A stretch of 64,000 nt of DNA from Bacteroidota bacterium (lineage in GTDB: Bacteria > Bacteroidota > Bacteroidia > Palsa-948): NCBI GenBank assembly GCA_016213405.1, contig JACRAM010000006.1, positions 29,731 through 93,730 on the forward strand, given 5' to 3'. Each line of letters starts with the position of its first letter. The first letter of the stretch is position 1. A program made the translations under genes and the position numbers. The notes beneath the pieces were generated by a model. The model was not told the origin of the DNA. It ran no database searches and saw nothing but the letters and a program-made list of their open reading frames with translations. Below, piece by piece: positions 36,983 through 47,590 of this stretch.

Positions 36983-37834
36983 TTACGCGAGGTCGGCAAA
37001 GTAATACTCTGTTTTCCGGAAGTAAAACAAGCCGGCAAAAAATAAAAAAAAAGAAATAATTATACTTATCACAACCAATTGAACGTTTAATGCGGAATGT
37101 GCAACAGGCGAGCGAAGCAGTTCAATGGCACCTGCCATAGGATTAAGCATAAGGATTTTTTGTGCCCAGGGAATTTTAATTATTGATACAGGATAAATGA
37201 CTGGTGTGATAAAAAAAAGCATCTGGATAAAAAATGGAATCACATACCTGAAATCGCGGTACTTCACATTCAGCGCGGCAAGCATGGTTCCTAATCCAAA
37301 GGTTGACAGTACGGTGATAAAAATACTGAGCGGGAGATAAAATACAATCACTACATCAATGGGCTGGCGATAGTAAATGAGTATGCCGATGTAAATGATA
37401 AATGCCATGATGAAATCAAACAGCGCAACCAATATGGCAGACATTGGAATTATTAATCTTGGGAAATAAATTTTTTTAATGATGCCCGCGTTTGTCACCA
37501 TGCTGTTGGATGCATTGGAAAGCCCGGAAGAAAATATGTTCCATAGCAATAAGCCGGAAAAAACAAAAACAGGGTAGGGGAGGTTATTGTCAGTGGGAAC
37601 ACCCAGCGCATGCCCGAAGAAAAGAGTAAATACTATCATGAGTATAAAGGGCTGGAGAATTGCCCAAAGCACACCAAGCACAGTTTGCTTGTATTTCACT
37701 TTAATATCTCTCCAAGTAAAGAAATAGAATAATTCCCTGAATTCCCAAAGTTCTTTTAATCCAAGTGAGATTTTGCTGACCGGTTTAATTTCGTATTGCA
37801 TATTCTTTAAAAACGTACAGTTGCATGAATGCAA
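36983..37834 (-). CDS. wzm: Polysaccharide ABC exporter permease (ABC-2 type, Wzm-like)
   Basis: 6-TM ABC-2 permease pattern. The probable true start is the internal Met (MQYEIKP...) at about 37801. Confidence 0.75.
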   Translation of the reverse strand: MHSCNCTFLKNMQYEIKPVSKISLGLKELWEFRELFYFFTWRDIKVKYKQTVLGVLWAILQPFILMIVFTLFFGHALGVPTDNNLPYPVFVFSGLLLWNIFSSGLSNASNSMVTNAGIIKKIYFPRLIIPMSAILVALFDFIMAFIIYIGILIYYRQPIDVVIVFYLPLSIFITVLSTFGLGTMLAALNVKYRDFRYVIPFFIQMLFFITPVIYPVSIIKIPWAQKILMLNPMAGAIELLRSPVAHSALNVQLVVISIIISFFLFFAGLFYFRKTEYYFADLA

Positions 37835-37858
37835 ATTTAAAATAATTAACTTTGTAAT

Positions 37859-40800
37859 ATGTTCAATTCCTCAAAGCTGTGTTTTTGCTTTAAGAGAGCC
37901 ATCAGGATTTACTTTCTGATTATTTGTTTATGTAATAGTAATATTAGTTTTTCTCAGGCATTTAGTCCCTCAGATATTAATGGTTTAAGATTATGGTTGA
38001 GGTCAGATACCAATAATTTTCTATTAAGTGGAAGTTTAATTGACCAATGGAATGATATAAGTGGCAATGGGAATAATGCTTTTCAAGCTACAAGTGGGTT
38101 GAGACCATCTTTGATTAGTTCTGATACATTGTTATTTAATTATCCGGTTGTAAAATTTGATGGTGTAAATACAAGACTGGAAACGATGTTTACGCAACCC
38201 GATGCATACAGCATATTTATTATATATGCACATCGAAATGGTGACCGTGGTTCATTTTATAGTACCAATACATCTGGTTATCCATTGCAAAGGGATACAT
38301 TGATATGGCCGAGTACCAATGCTGCATATTACGTCTTGACAGATTCACTCAATTTAAGAAACCTATATGTTGATGTTCACGATTTTCAAAATAATAATTA
38401 TGCTACCTATTTAAACGGAATATACCGAGGAGGATCTCTCAGCCCACGCTTAAAGAGTGGAGGGACTTTTAATATAGGACATGCTATTATTGAACCTCTT
38501 GATGGTAATATTGCTGAATTTTTAATTTATGATGTTGCACTTTCTGATTCCTTAAGAGGATTAGTAGAAATATATTTAATGAACAGGTATGCTCCGCCTG
38601 TAAATCTTGGAGCAGACATTAACATTCCTTATGGTTTCTGTGATACAACACTTGCTGCAGGAAAAAGATTTACTTCTTTTTTATGGAGCACCGGAGCCAC
38701 AACCCAAACAATTCAGGTAAATCAATCAGGTGTTTATTGGGTAACTGTTACAGATATTTTTGGGCGCACATCTTCTGATACAATCAACATAACCTATCCC
38801 GGCAATTTTTCCCCTTTTCCTGATACAATCATTTGTTATGGCACATCAATTCAATGGAACACACAATTAGATACGCTGGGTTATGATTTTCTCTGGAGCA
38901 ATGGTTCTACCGATTCTGTTATTACCATCACACAAGCCGGCACCTATTCCGTTCAGGTAACCGACACAAACGGATGTGCTTTTTATTCTGCCCCGATAAA
39001 TGTTTCTGTTGATTCATTTTCCATCACCGCTTCCTTCGGTCCCGATACTTCTATTTGTTCCGGAGCAAGCATTGGTTTGGTTTCAGGCGCAAGCACGGCA
39101 TTTTCATATTCATGGTCAACAGGAGAAAGTACTTCTTCGATAATTGTTGCACCAACTTCTGCGGGCACCTATTCATTTTCTCTTACGGTTCAGAATATAA
39201 ACGGCTGTACTGCAAAGGATACAATTAATGTAAATGTTAAGGGATTCAAACCCACTGTTGGTTTTATTGTGAATGATGTTTGCTTAGGTGATTCAATGAG
39301 TTTCATTGATACGTCAAGCGCTACTTTTCCAGATGGAATTGACACATGGTTGTGGAATTTTGGAGATGGCAATAATTCTTCTGTACCAAACCCATCACAC
39401 ACTTATACCGCCACAGGAACTTACACCACTTCGCTTACAATAACTACTGATTCCTTATGCACAGCTACCATACAAAAAACAGATACGGTAAATGTTTTAC
39501 CAATTGCCAATTTTAATTTAAGTCCTCCTTACTGCTCCGGATTGGTCTCTTATTTTATGAATGCGTCTTCTATTTCTTCTGGCGCAATTATTCAATGGAA
39601 TTATGATTTCGGTGATGGCTTCACCGGCACTGGTCCGAATGTATCGCATACGTATTCTGCTGCCGGAACTTACTCTGTGCAATTAATAGTTACTTCTGAT
39701 AAGGGTTGCAAGGATACAATTGTAAAAACAATAACTGTTTTTCAATCGCCAACTGCATCTATCACATCCACTTCTGTTTGTGAGGGAAGCAGTACTTCTT
39801 TTTCCGGAAGCGGAGGAGGAAGCTATCTATGGAATTTTGGTGATGGTTCTCCTAATGCTACTTTACAAAATCCTACCCATTTTTATTCTTCCGGAGGAAC
39901 TTATTATGCAACGCTTACTGTTACCGGATCAAATGGATGTTCAAATAAGGATACGGATACTGTGGCTGTTTATTTTTTGCCAAACGCTGCCTTCACCGGC
40001 AACTCTGTTTGTAAGAACAGCCCCTTGCAGTTTACAGATATCAGCACGGTAACAGGAAGCACTATCATTGCATGGAACTGGGGTTTTATAAACGGAACTC
40101 CTTCTTCTTCAATATTGCAGAATCCAACCACCACTTATACTGCTACAGGAACGTATTTTCCTTCACTCACTGTAACTTCCGCGCTGGGATGTTCTTCTTT
40201 AACAACTACACAAACGGTTACAGTTCAGCCATTGCCAACGGCAAACTTTTCTTTTTCACCTAACTATGGAGCGCCACCGCTGACTGTGGATTTTAATAGC
40301 AGCTTATCATCCGGAGCAACAGGATATCAATGGAGTTTTGGAGATGGAGGGCAAAGCGCCCAGCAAAACCCTTCCTATACTTATCTGGATACAGGATTGT
40401 TTCCAATTACTCTCATTGCACAGAATCAATTTGTATGCGTTGATACTGTTTGGGATACTATATATGTTGCTTTGCCTGTTTTAGATATTGCAGTAAAAAC
40501 TGTGAGTACTGTTCAATCAAACAATACTGTTCAGGTGACTGCATGGTTATATAATGCCGGCACGCTTGATGTAAATATGGTAGAACTCTCTGCCTATCTT
40601 GATAACGGAACTCCTGTTCATGAATTCAGAACAGGATTAATCAAACCTCATTTTCCGGCAACATATACTTTCAATTCATCTTTTGAAAATGTGAATGACC
40701 AGCACAGTGTGGTGTGCGTTGATGTGAAAAAAGTAAACGGAAAAGAGGATGATGTTTTTCCCAACAATCATTCGTGCTCGCCAATTACAAATGAGTTTAC

Positions 40801-41050
40801 CGTGCTTGACCCTTTTCCGAATCCTGCAGATGATGAGATTTACTTTTTGTTTATTCTTCCTTCGTCAGGAAAAGTGCTGGCGCAGGTCTATGATGTCAGG
40901 GGAAGGTTAGTGGAGATATTGCTTGATAAAGAAATTTCTAAAGGATTAAGTTCTATAACTTACAATACTATAAAATTGAATAAAGGAATGTATTTTCTTA
41001 AACTCATCTTTGAGGATAAGTCAGTAACAAAAATTTTCCTGAAGAAATAG
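37859..41050 (+). CDS. Secreted LamG-like + multi-PKD-repeat protein with T9SS C-terminal sorting domain
   Basis: Signal peptide, N-terminal concanavalin/LamG-like region, at least 6 repeats of WNFGDG...NPSHTY..GTY (PKD signature), C-terminal ...KGMYFLKLIFEDKSVTKIFLKK typical T9SS CTD. Confidence 0.8.
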   Translation: MFNSSKLCFCFKRAIRIYFLIICLCNSNISFSQAFSPSDINGLRLWLRSDTNNFLLSGSLIDQWNDISGNGNNAFQATSGLRPSLISSDTLLFNYPVVKFDGVNTRLETMFTQPDAYSIFIIYAHRNGDRGSFYSTNTSGYPLQRDTLIWPSTNAAYYVLTDSLNLRNLYVDVHDFQNNNYATYLNGIYRGGSLSPRLKSGGTFNIGHAIIEPLDGNIAEFLIYDVALSDSLRGLVEIYLMNRYAPPVNLGADINIPYGFCDTTLAAGKRFTSFLWSTGATTQTIQVNQSGVYWVTVTDIFGRTSSDTINITYPGNFSPFPDTIICYGTSIQWNTQLDTLGYDFLWSNGSTDSVITITQAGTYSVQVTDTNGCAFYSAPINVSVDSFSITASFGPDTSICSGASIGLVSGASTAFSYSWSTGESTSSIIVAPTSAGTYSFSLTVQNINGCTAKDTINVNVKGFKPTVGFIVNDVCLGDSMSFIDTSSATFPDGIDTWLWNFGDGNNSSVPNPSHTYTATGTYTTSLTITTDSLCTATIQKTDTVNVLPIANFNLSPPYCSGLVSYFMNASSISSGAIIQWNYDFGDGFTGTGPNVSHTYSAAGTYSVQLIVTSDKGCKDTIVKTITVFQSPTASITSTSVCEGSSTSFSGSGGGSYLWNFGDGSPNATLQNPTHFYSSGGTYYATLTVTGSNGCSNKDTDTVAVYFLPNAAFTGNSVCKNSPLQFTDISTVTGSTIIAWNWGFINGTPSSSILQNPTTTYTATGTYFPSLTVTSALGCSSLTTTQTVTVQPLPTANFSFSPNYGAPPLTVDFNSSLSSGATGYQWSFGDGGQSAQQNPSYTYLDTGLFPITLIAQNQFVCVDTVWDTIYVALPVLDIAVKTVSTVQSNNTVQVTAWLYNAGTLDVNMVELSAYLDNGTPVHEFRTGLIKPHFPATYTFNSSFENVNDQHSVVCVDVKKVNGKEDDVFPNNHSCSPITNEFTVLDPFPNPADDEIYFLFILPSSGKVLAQVYDVRGRLVEILLDKEISKGLSSITYNTIKLNKGMYFLKLIFEDKSVTKIFLKK

Positions 41051-41059
41051 TGAGAGAGA

Positions 41060-41485
41060 TTATTTCTCTACCAGTTCCGGCTTGCCGGCAGAGGTTTTAG
41101 AAGAATCGGTTTCTACAGCAGTTAAAGCAGCTTCAGTTTCATCTTTCATTTCATCAATCTTGGCTTTCTTGCCGATGGCCCCGCGCAGATAGAAAAGTTT
41201 CGCTCTTCGGACTTCTCCTCTCTTTTCTACCGAAATTAATTCAATGAACGGAGAGTAAAGAGGGAAAATACGTTCAACGCCCACGCCATTTGAAATTTTT
41301 CTTACAGTAAATGTTTTCACGTTGCCATCACCATGTATTTGGATAACCGCGCCTGTAAACTGCTGCACGCGTTCTTTGTCGCCTTCTTTGATTTTATAGT
41401 TAACCGTAACCGTATCGCCAGCCCTGAAAGGGGGAATGTTAGTCTTGGTGATTAATTGCTGCTCAGCGTATTTGAGTAAGTTCAT
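41060..41485 (-). CDS. rplS: 50S ribosomal protein L19 (with short C-terminal extension)
   Basis: [48 protein letters not shown]... canonical L19. The listed ORF starts 20 codons upstream at a non-conserved Met. Confidence 0.9.
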   Translation of the reverse strand: MNLLKYAEQQLITKTNIPPFRAGDTVTVNYKIKEGDKERVQQFTGAVIQIHGDGNVKTFTVRKISNGVGVERIFPLYSPFIELISVEKRGEVRRAKLFYLRGAIGKKAKIDEMKDETEAALTAVETDSSKTSAGKPELVEK

Positions 41486-41689
41486 AGCCGTAAGTTTTAT
41501 AAAAGGGACGCAAAGATAATAGATATTTCTAATTGAAAGCACCAAATCTCAAAATCCAATTTTCAAATAAATCCCCAAGAAAACACCTAAAATTCAAATT
41601 CAAAATAGAGCAACAAAAACTGCGTTTGGATTGTTTGGTGTTTAATAATTTTTATTGGTATTTATTTGAGATTTAGGATTTGATTTTTG

Positions 41690-42391
41690 TTATTTCAGAA
41701 GATTTGGTCTTCGCATTTCAGTTCTTTCTATCGATTTTTCCTGTCTCCATTCTTCTACTTGTTTTGTGTTTCCGGAAAGAAGTATGCCCGGTACTTTCAT
41801 TCCTTTATAATCCGCAGGACGGGTATAAGCTGGAGGTGAGAGAAGCCCATCCTGAAAGGAATCTGTGAGGGCAGAGGTTTCGTCAGAAATAACCCCGGGG
41901 AGCAGGCGGATAATAGAATCGCAAACCACCGCGGCAGGAAGTTCTCCTCCGCTCAGCACATAATCCCCAACTGAAATTTCTTTTGTGATGAAATGCTCCC
42001 GCACGCGTTCATCCACGCCTTTGTAATGCCCGCAAAGAATAATGAGGTTTTTTGCAAGCGAAAGTTTATTCGCCATTTTTTGATTGAACAATGCTCCGTC
42101 AGGCGACATATAAATCACTTCATCATAATCTCTTTTCCCCTTAAGTTTGTTAATGCATTTTGCAATCGGCTCAATCATCATCACCATCCCGGCACCGCCT
42201 CCGTACATATAATCATCCACATGTTTGTATTTGTCTGAAGCATAATTCCGAAGGTTGATGATATTGATCTTTACAAGTTTTTTATCAATAGCTCGCTTTA
42301 CAATTGAATTCTTAAACGGACTTTCAAGCAGTTTTGGAAGAACTGTTATAATGTCAATTTGTAATGGCGTATTTTTTTTACCTTTTTTCAC
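41690..42391 (-). CDS. trmD: tRNA (guanine37-N1)-methyltransferase
   Basis: [15 protein letters not shown]...[13 protein letters not shown]... SPOUT TrmD signature; classic trmD-rplS order. Confidence 0.9.
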   Translation of the reverse strand: MKKGKKNTPLQIDIITVLPKLLESPFKNSIVKRAIDKKLVKINIINLRNYASDKYKHVDDYMYGGGAGMVMMIEPIAKCINKLKGKRDYDEVIYMSPDGALFNQKMANKLSLAKNLIILCGHYKGVDERVREHFITKEISVGDYVLSGGELPAAVVCDSIIRLLPGVISDETSALTDSFQDGLLSPPAYTRPADYKGMKVPGILLSGNTKQVEEWRQEKSIERTEMRRPNLLK

Positions 42392-42669
42392 GTGCCCCGT
42401 TGGATTTTACTATTCATATTTGAAAAATAGTGTTTTAATCGATTTCCAATATAGATTTTTCCATTTCCTGATTTAAGATATTTCTCTCTTCTTAATGCGT
42501 CTTTTTGATTTAAGCAAACTTCATGATAAACTAAAACAAAAGGTCTTCGGTGCTTTGTTGATGCAACAAGTCCTTCGTTATGTTCTGATAATCTTTTTTG
42601 AATATCACTAGTATAACCTGTATACAAATGACTGTCTTTCAAGCTAAATAAAACGTAAGTATAATACAT
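42388..42669 (-). CDS. GIY-YIG nuclease-superfamily protein (UPF0213/YhbQ-like)
   Basis: [30 protein letters not shown] (GIY-x10-YIG pattern). Confidence 0.75.
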   Translation of the reverse strand: MYYTYVLFSLKDSHLYTGYTSDIQKRLSEHNEGLVASTKHRRPFVLVYHEVCLNQKDALRREKYLKSGNGKIYIGNRLKHYFSNMNSKIQRGT

Positions 42670-42757
42670 CTCAAAAATCCTACGGGGCAAGCGAAAGTAA
42701 TCAACATATCTGATTTTCATTTGAGAAATTTGATTTCGTTAAACCGAAACAAAACCT

Positions 42758-42765
42758 TACATTTG
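42758..42765 (+). promoter_or_regulatory. Candidate Bacteroidota -7 promoter box (TACATTTG) upstream of bioB
   Basis: Matches the TAnnTTTG consensus about 20 nt upstream of the bioB ATG. Confidence 0.3.
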
Positions 42766-42784
42766 TCTTTACAATCAATTCTTT

Positions 42785-43768
42785 ATGAAAAAATTTACTA
42801 CTGCGGAGATAAAAGAAATTTACAACACACCATTACTGGATTTAGTTTTCAGGTCGGCAAGTGTGCACCGGATGTTTCATGACCCTTCTGAAGTTCAGGT
42901 GAGTTCCTTGCTATCCATTAAGACAGGCGGTTGTACGGAAGATTGTGGCTATTGTCCGCAGTCAGCGCGCTACCAAACGGATGTTGACGTTCACAAGATG
43001 ATTTCGGTTAATGATGTGATGGATGCAGCTTCAAATGCAAAATCAAGCGGTGCAACGCGCATGTGCCTCGGTGCTGCATGGAGAGAAGTTCGCGATAATT
43101 CTGATTTCGAAAGTGTTCTTCAAATGGTAAAAGGAATAAATGAAATGGGCATGGAAGTCTGTTGCACGCTCGGAATGCTCACAAAAGAGCAGGCGCAGAA
43201 ACTTGCGGATGCAGGACTTTACGCTTACAATCATAATCTGGATTCATCAGAGGATTTCTACAAAAAAATAATCACCACAAGAAAATATGATGACCGCCTA
43301 AACACAATTGAAAATGTGAGAAAGGCAAAGGTCACTGTTTGTTCCGGTGGGATTATCGGAATGGGGGAATCAGCAGATGACAGGATAGAAATGCTGTACA
43401 CGCTTTCCAATTTAAATCCACCGCCTGAATCTGTTCCCATCAACGCATTAGTTCCTGTGGAAGGAACTCCTCTTGAAAAACAAAAACTTGTTTCTATCTG
43501 GGAAATGCTTAGAATAATTGCGACCACCAGAATTGTGATGCCGAAATCAGTAGTGCGATTATCCGCTGGCAGAACGCAGATGTCCTTGGAAGGACAAGCG
43601 CTTTGTTTTTTGGCAGGAGCAAATTCGATTTTTGCAGGAGATAAATTACTGACAACCCCTAATCCGGATTTTAATGAGGATATGGAAATGTTCAAACTCT
43701 TCGGATTGAAATCCCGTGAAGCATTCAAATACGAAAAGGAAAAAATATCAGAAACAGTTTCTGCATGA
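42785..43768 (+). CDS. bioB: Biotin synthase (radical SAM)
   Basis: [11 protein letters not shown] (CxxxCxxC radical-SAM cluster) and the conserved BioB C-terminal region. Confidence 0.95.
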   Translation: MKKFTTAEIKEIYNTPLLDLVFRSASVHRMFHDPSEVQVSSLLSIKTGGCTEDCGYCPQSARYQTDVDVHKMISVNDVMDAASNAKSSGATRMCLGAAWREVRDNSDFESVLQMVKGINEMGMEVCCTLGMLTKEQAQKLADAGLYAYNHNLDSSEDFYKKIITTRKYDDRLNTIENVRKAKVTVCSGGIIGMGESADDRIEMLYTLSNLNPPPESVPINALVPVEGTPLEKQKLVSIWEMLRIIATTRIVMPKSVVRLSAGRTQMSLEGQALCFLAGANSIFAGDKLLTTPNPDFNEDMEMFKLFGLKSREAFKYEKEKISETVSA

Positions 43769-44478
43769 CGAAAATTTTACTAGTAGTTTTTTCTTTTATT
43801 GCAACCGCTGGGTTTTCCCAGTCAGGATATTACTTTCATCCCAAGGGCGATGGAGATAAATATTTTGTAGCGCTGGGTTACGGACAAGGAACCGCTCACT
43901 GGAGCTCACTTTTCAAAAGCACTGAGTTTTACGATAAAGATGGCAGAGTGATTAACACAGGCGATTTGGAATTCGCAGCAAACAGTCCGACCAAACAGTA
44001 TGATGTGCATGTGCTGGCGCCTATCAAGCACATTCGTTTGGGTTTAGGAATTTCATTTGAACATCATTATTTGTCCCAATTAAAAATTTATACAAAGAGC
44101 GGAGAAGAATATCTTTTGTTCGATGAAAGTTTACGCTTTGATAAGATTAATTTTATTGCAGAAGTTCCTTTTAACTATGAATCAAAGAAAAAATATTCCT
44201 TCAGCTGGAATTTTAATTGCGGATGGTTTGGCTATACCAATGTGAAGCGTTTTAATTTCATTGGAGAAAAACCTTTTCCTGTTGCGCTGCACGGTGCAAC
44301 CGGTATTACAGTGGATTACCAGTTGTATCCGCAGGTATATGTTTTCGCGTTTCCGAATGTTGAATATAAATACTACAGCAATTCGCATACTGAAGCGCCT
44401 GTTGATATCACTCACCGTGTTTTCTCAGCAAGTGTTATTGCAGGAATACGTGTTGACTTAGGAGCATTTAATTATTGA
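43765..44478 (+). CDS. Uncharacterized secreted, probable outer-membrane beta-barrel-like protein embedded in the bio operon
   Basis: Signal peptide [19 protein letters not shown], alternating beta-pattern, C-terminal ...DLGAFNY. ATGA overlaps with both bioB (stop) and bioF (start). Confidence 0.5.
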   Translation: MTKILLVVFSFIATAGFSQSGYYFHPKGDGDKYFVALGYGQGTAHWSSLFKSTEFYDKDGRVINTGDLEFAANSPTKQYDVHVLAPIKHIRLGLGISFEHHYLSQLKIYTKSGEEYLLFDESLRFDKINFIAEVPFNYESKKKYSFSWNFNCGWFGYTNVKRFNFIGEKPFPVALHGATGITVDYQLYPQVYVFAFPNVEYKYYSNSHTEAPVDITHRVFSASVIAGIRVDLGAFNY

Positions 44479-45665
44479 TTCCATTGAGCGAAGACTTTCT
44501 ACATCACCGTTTGAAGAGCAGAGAAGAACAAGATTTGCTCAGAAAACTTTCTCCCGAAAATAATCTCGTAGATTTTTCTTCCAATGATTATTTAGGATTT
44601 GCTCGCTCCGAAGAATTACAAAAATTTATTACCGCTGAACTCCAAACTCCAAACTCCAAACTCCGAACTGGTTCCACGGGCTCTCGTCTTCTTACCGGCA
44701 ATTCACAGTACGCAGAAGACTTAGAGAAGTTTATTGCTGAATATCATAAAGCGGAAGCAGGCTTGATTTTTAATTCCGGCTATAACGCTAACCTTGGTTT
44801 GATTTCTTCGGTGGCACAAAAAGGAGATGTTATTTTCTATGATGAACTTTCTCATGCTTCCATTTACGATGGAGTGCGTTTGTCAAAGGCAGAATCATTT
44901 CCGTTCAGACACAATGATATATCACATCTTGAAGAAAGATTGAAATTTTACAGAAGCAATCATGACAGCAATTCAAATTGCTTTGTGATTGTTGAAAGTG
45001 TTTATTCTATGGATGGAGATTTTTCTCCTTTGAAAGAAATTACTTCTCTTTGTGAAGAGTATAATGCAAACTTAATTGTTGATGAAGCGCACGCCACCGG
45101 AATCTTTGGACCGAAAGGTGAGGGAAGAGTTGTTGAATTGAATCTCCATGAAAAATTTTTTGCACGTGTTCATACGTTCGGCAAAGCGCTTGGATGCCAC
45201 GGAGCGATTGTTTTAGGAAGTGAATACCTGCGTAATTACCTTATCAATTATGCCCGCTCATTTATCTATACAACTGCACTACCGGTTCATAGTTTAGTGG
45301 TAATAAAATCGTCTTATAATTATCTTTTAAATAGTTATGATAGAATGCTTAAAACCAATGATTTGATAAAATCATTCAAATCGTTAGTAAAGGATAAAAG
45401 TGTTACAGGATTTTTAGAAAGTTCAAGCCCGATTCAGTCATTGGTTGTTGAAGGAAACGAAGAAGTAAAAAGGATTTCTTTGCTTGTTCGGAAAGACGGA
45501 TTTGATGTTCGACCGATTCTCAGTCCAACAGTTCCCAAAGGAAAAGAAAGAATCAGAATTTGTTTGCATACTTTCAATACGCTGGAAGAAATAAAAGGAC
45601 TGCTTTCTTCCTTGAAAAAAAATAGTAATCTTGCCGTTGTAAAGCAAGAGCTAATTTCTGAATGA
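44475..45665 (+). CDS. bioF: 8-amino-7-oxononanoate synthase
   Basis: Class-II aminotransferase fold with ...DEAHATG... and the PLP lysine region (...TFGKALG...). It contains an in-frame AACTCCA x4 heptamer repeat. Confidence 0.85.
   Translation: MIPLSEDFLHHRLKSREEQDLLRKLSPENNLVDFSSNDYLGFARSEELQKFITAELQTPNSKLRTGSTGSRLLTGNSQYAEDLEKFIAEYHKAEAGLIFNSGYNANLGLISSVAQKGDVIFYDELSHASIYDGVRLSKAESFPFRHNDISHLEERLKFYRSNHDSNSNCFVIVESVYSMDGDFSPLKEITSLCEEYNANLIVDEAHATGIFGPKGEGRVVELNLHEKFFARVHTFGKALGCHGAIVLGSEYLRNYLINYARSFIYTTALPVHSLVVIKSSYNYLLNSYDRMLKTNDLIKSFKSLVKDKSVTGFLESSSPIQSLVVEGNEEVKRISLLVRKDGFDVRPILSPTVPKGKERIRICLHTFNTLEEIKGLLSSLKKNSNLAVVKQELISE
44638..44671. repeat. Heptanucleotide tandem repeat (AACTCCA x ~4.7) in frame within bioF
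   Basis: aactccaaactccaaactccaaactccgaactgg; encodes ELQTPNSKLRTG. Confidence 0.9.
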
Positions 45666-46273
45666 GAAAATTTTTTGTCACAGGAATCGGAACGGATGTC
45701 GGTAAAACTGTCACTTCAGCAATTCTTGTTGAAGCGTTGAAAGCAGATTACTGGAAACCCGTTCAGGCGGGAACTTACTACGCAACAGATTCTGAAAATG
45801 TGAAGAAATGGATCAGCAACGAAACAAGTGTCATTCATCCCGAAGCATACAAACTACGCGAACATAAATCTCCTCATGAAGCTTCTGAGATGGAAGGAGT
45901 CACAGTTGATTTTGATAAAATAGTTTTACCTCAAACAAATAACACATTGGTGATTGAAGGCGCAGGTGGAGTGATGGTGCCTGTGAATAAACAATATTAC
46001 ATTATTGATTTGATAAAAAAATTTGACACAGAAACAATTGTGGTAATTCAGAATTATCTTGGAAGTATCAATCATTCCCTCCTTACAATAGACGCCCTCA
46101 AACAGAGAGGAATAAAAATCATCGGACTTGTGTTTAATGGCTCCCCTCACGAACCTTCCAGACAAATCATTGAAAGCTATAGCGGATTGAAAACTATTTC
46201 ATGGATTGTTAATGAGCCGACAATTAACAAAGAAGTGATTTTGAAGTACGCGAAAGATTTTCAGAACATCTGA
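45662..46273 (+). CDS. bioD: Dethiobiotin synthetase
   Basis: MRKFFVTGIGTDVGKTVTSAIL (P-loop), 203 aa. Confidence 0.9.
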   Translation: MRKFFVTGIGTDVGKTVTSAILVEALKADYWKPVQAGTYYATDSENVKKWISNETSVIHPEAYKLREHKSPHEASEMEGVTVDFDKIVLPQTNNTLVIEGAGGVMVPVNKQYYIIDLIKKFDTETIVVIQNYLGSINHSLLTIDALKQRGIKIIGLVFNGSPHEPSRQIIESYSGLKTISWIVNEPTINKEVILKYAKDFQNI

Positions 46274-46309
46274 CTTCTCTCCTGATTTGTATATTCGCTT
46301 TTCCATTCT

Positions 46310-47590
46310 ATGTCACTCTCATCGCGCGATAAAAACATCATCTGGCATCCATACTCGCAGCATCAGCTCAATCCTGATTCTATTGGAATTGTAAAAGCTA
46401 AAGGTGCTTATGTGTATGATCAGAAAGGGAAAAAATACATTGACGCGCTTTCATCCTGGTGGACTTCCATTCACGGACACACTCATCCTTACATCGCAAA
46501 AAAAGTTTTTACCCAATTAAAAAAACTAGAGCATGTCATCTTTGCCGGATTCACTCACGAACCCGCTGTTGAATTGGCTGAACGACTTTTGAAAAAACTT
46601 CCTAAGAATCAAAAAAGAATTTTCTTTTCTGATAATGGTTCTACTGCCGTTGAAGTTGCATTGAAGATGAGTTTTCAATACTGGTATAACAAGGGAACAC
46701 CAAAAACAAAAGTGATTGCGTTCGAGAACGCCTATCACGGAGATACATTCGGAGCGATGTCTGTGAGTGAACGTGGAGCATTCACAAAGCCGTTTGATTT
46801 TGGATTGTTTGATGTGGCTTTTATTGATGCGCCTATTAAAGGAAAAGAAACAGAATCTATTCAACAACTCACATCAGCCATCAACCATCAACCATCAACC
46901 ATTGCAGCATTTATCTTTGAGCCAATTGTGCAGGGAGTTGCCGGAATGGTAATTCACGAAGCCAAAGCACTCAGCGAAATGATTAGGATTTGTAAGGCGA
47001 ATAATATTTTCACAATTGCGGATGAAGTGTTTACGGGATTTGGCAGAACAGGAAAGTTTTTTGCATCAGATTATCTTTCTGAAAAACCTGATATGGTTTG
47101 TCTTTCAAAAGGATTAACGGGCGGAACGATGGCGATGGGTGTTACTTCCTGTACTGCAGAAATCTTCAATGCCTTTCTTTCCGAAGACAGGATGAAAACT
47201 TTTTTTCACGGACATTCATTCACGGCAAACCCTGTTGCTTGTTCAGCTTCTCTCGCAAGTTTGGATTTGATTGAAAAGAAATCTACTAAGGAAAGTATAA
47301 AGAGAATTACAAAGCGACATGAGAAATTTTCAAAAGCACTTATTGGAAATAAGTCAATAAAGGAAATAAGGAAAATTGGTGTTGTTCTTGCGATAGAACT
47401 TAAAACATCTGGCGAAACGTCTTACTTTAATTCCATTCGTGATAAGGCAACTAAGTTTTTTCTTGGCAAAGGAATTTTACTTCGCCCGCTTGGAAATGTG
47501 ATTTATCTTGTTCCGCCTTATTGCATATCCGATAAAGATTTGGATTACATTTACAATTCAATAGAAGAATTCATAGGAATATTAAAATGA
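46310..47590 (+). CDS. bioA: Adenosylmethionine-8-amino-7-oxononanoate aminotransferase
   Basis: Class-III aminotransferase with the [18 protein letters not shown] region. The N-terminal WHPYSQ... is typical of BioA. It carries an in-frame CATCAAC x4 repeat. Confidence 0.9.
   Translation: MSLSSRDKNIIWHPYSQHQLNPDSIGIVKAKGAYVYDQKGKKYIDALSSWWTSIHGHTHPYIAKKVFTQLKKLEHVIFAGFTHEPAVELAERLLKKLPKNQKRIFFSDNGSTAVEVALKMSFQYWYNKGTPKTKVIAFENAYHGDTFGAMSVSERGAFTKPFDFGLFDVAFIDAPIKGKETESIQQLTSAINHQPSTIAAFIFEPIVQGVAGMVIHEAKALSEMIRICKANNIFTIADEVFTGFGRTGKFFASDYLSEKPDMVCLSKGLTGGTMAMGVTSCTAEIFNAFLSEDRMKTFFHGHSFTANPVACSASLASLDLIEKKSTKESIKRITKRHEKFSKALIGNKSIKEIRKIGVVLAIELKTSGETSYFNSIRDKATKFFLGKGILLRPLGNVIYLVPPYCISDKDLDYIYNSIEEFIGILK
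46872..46905. repeat. Heptanucleotide tandem repeat (CATCAAC x ~4.8) in frame within bioA
   Basis: catcagccatcaaccatcaaccatcaaccattgc; encodes [12 protein letters not shown]. Confidence 0.9.
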
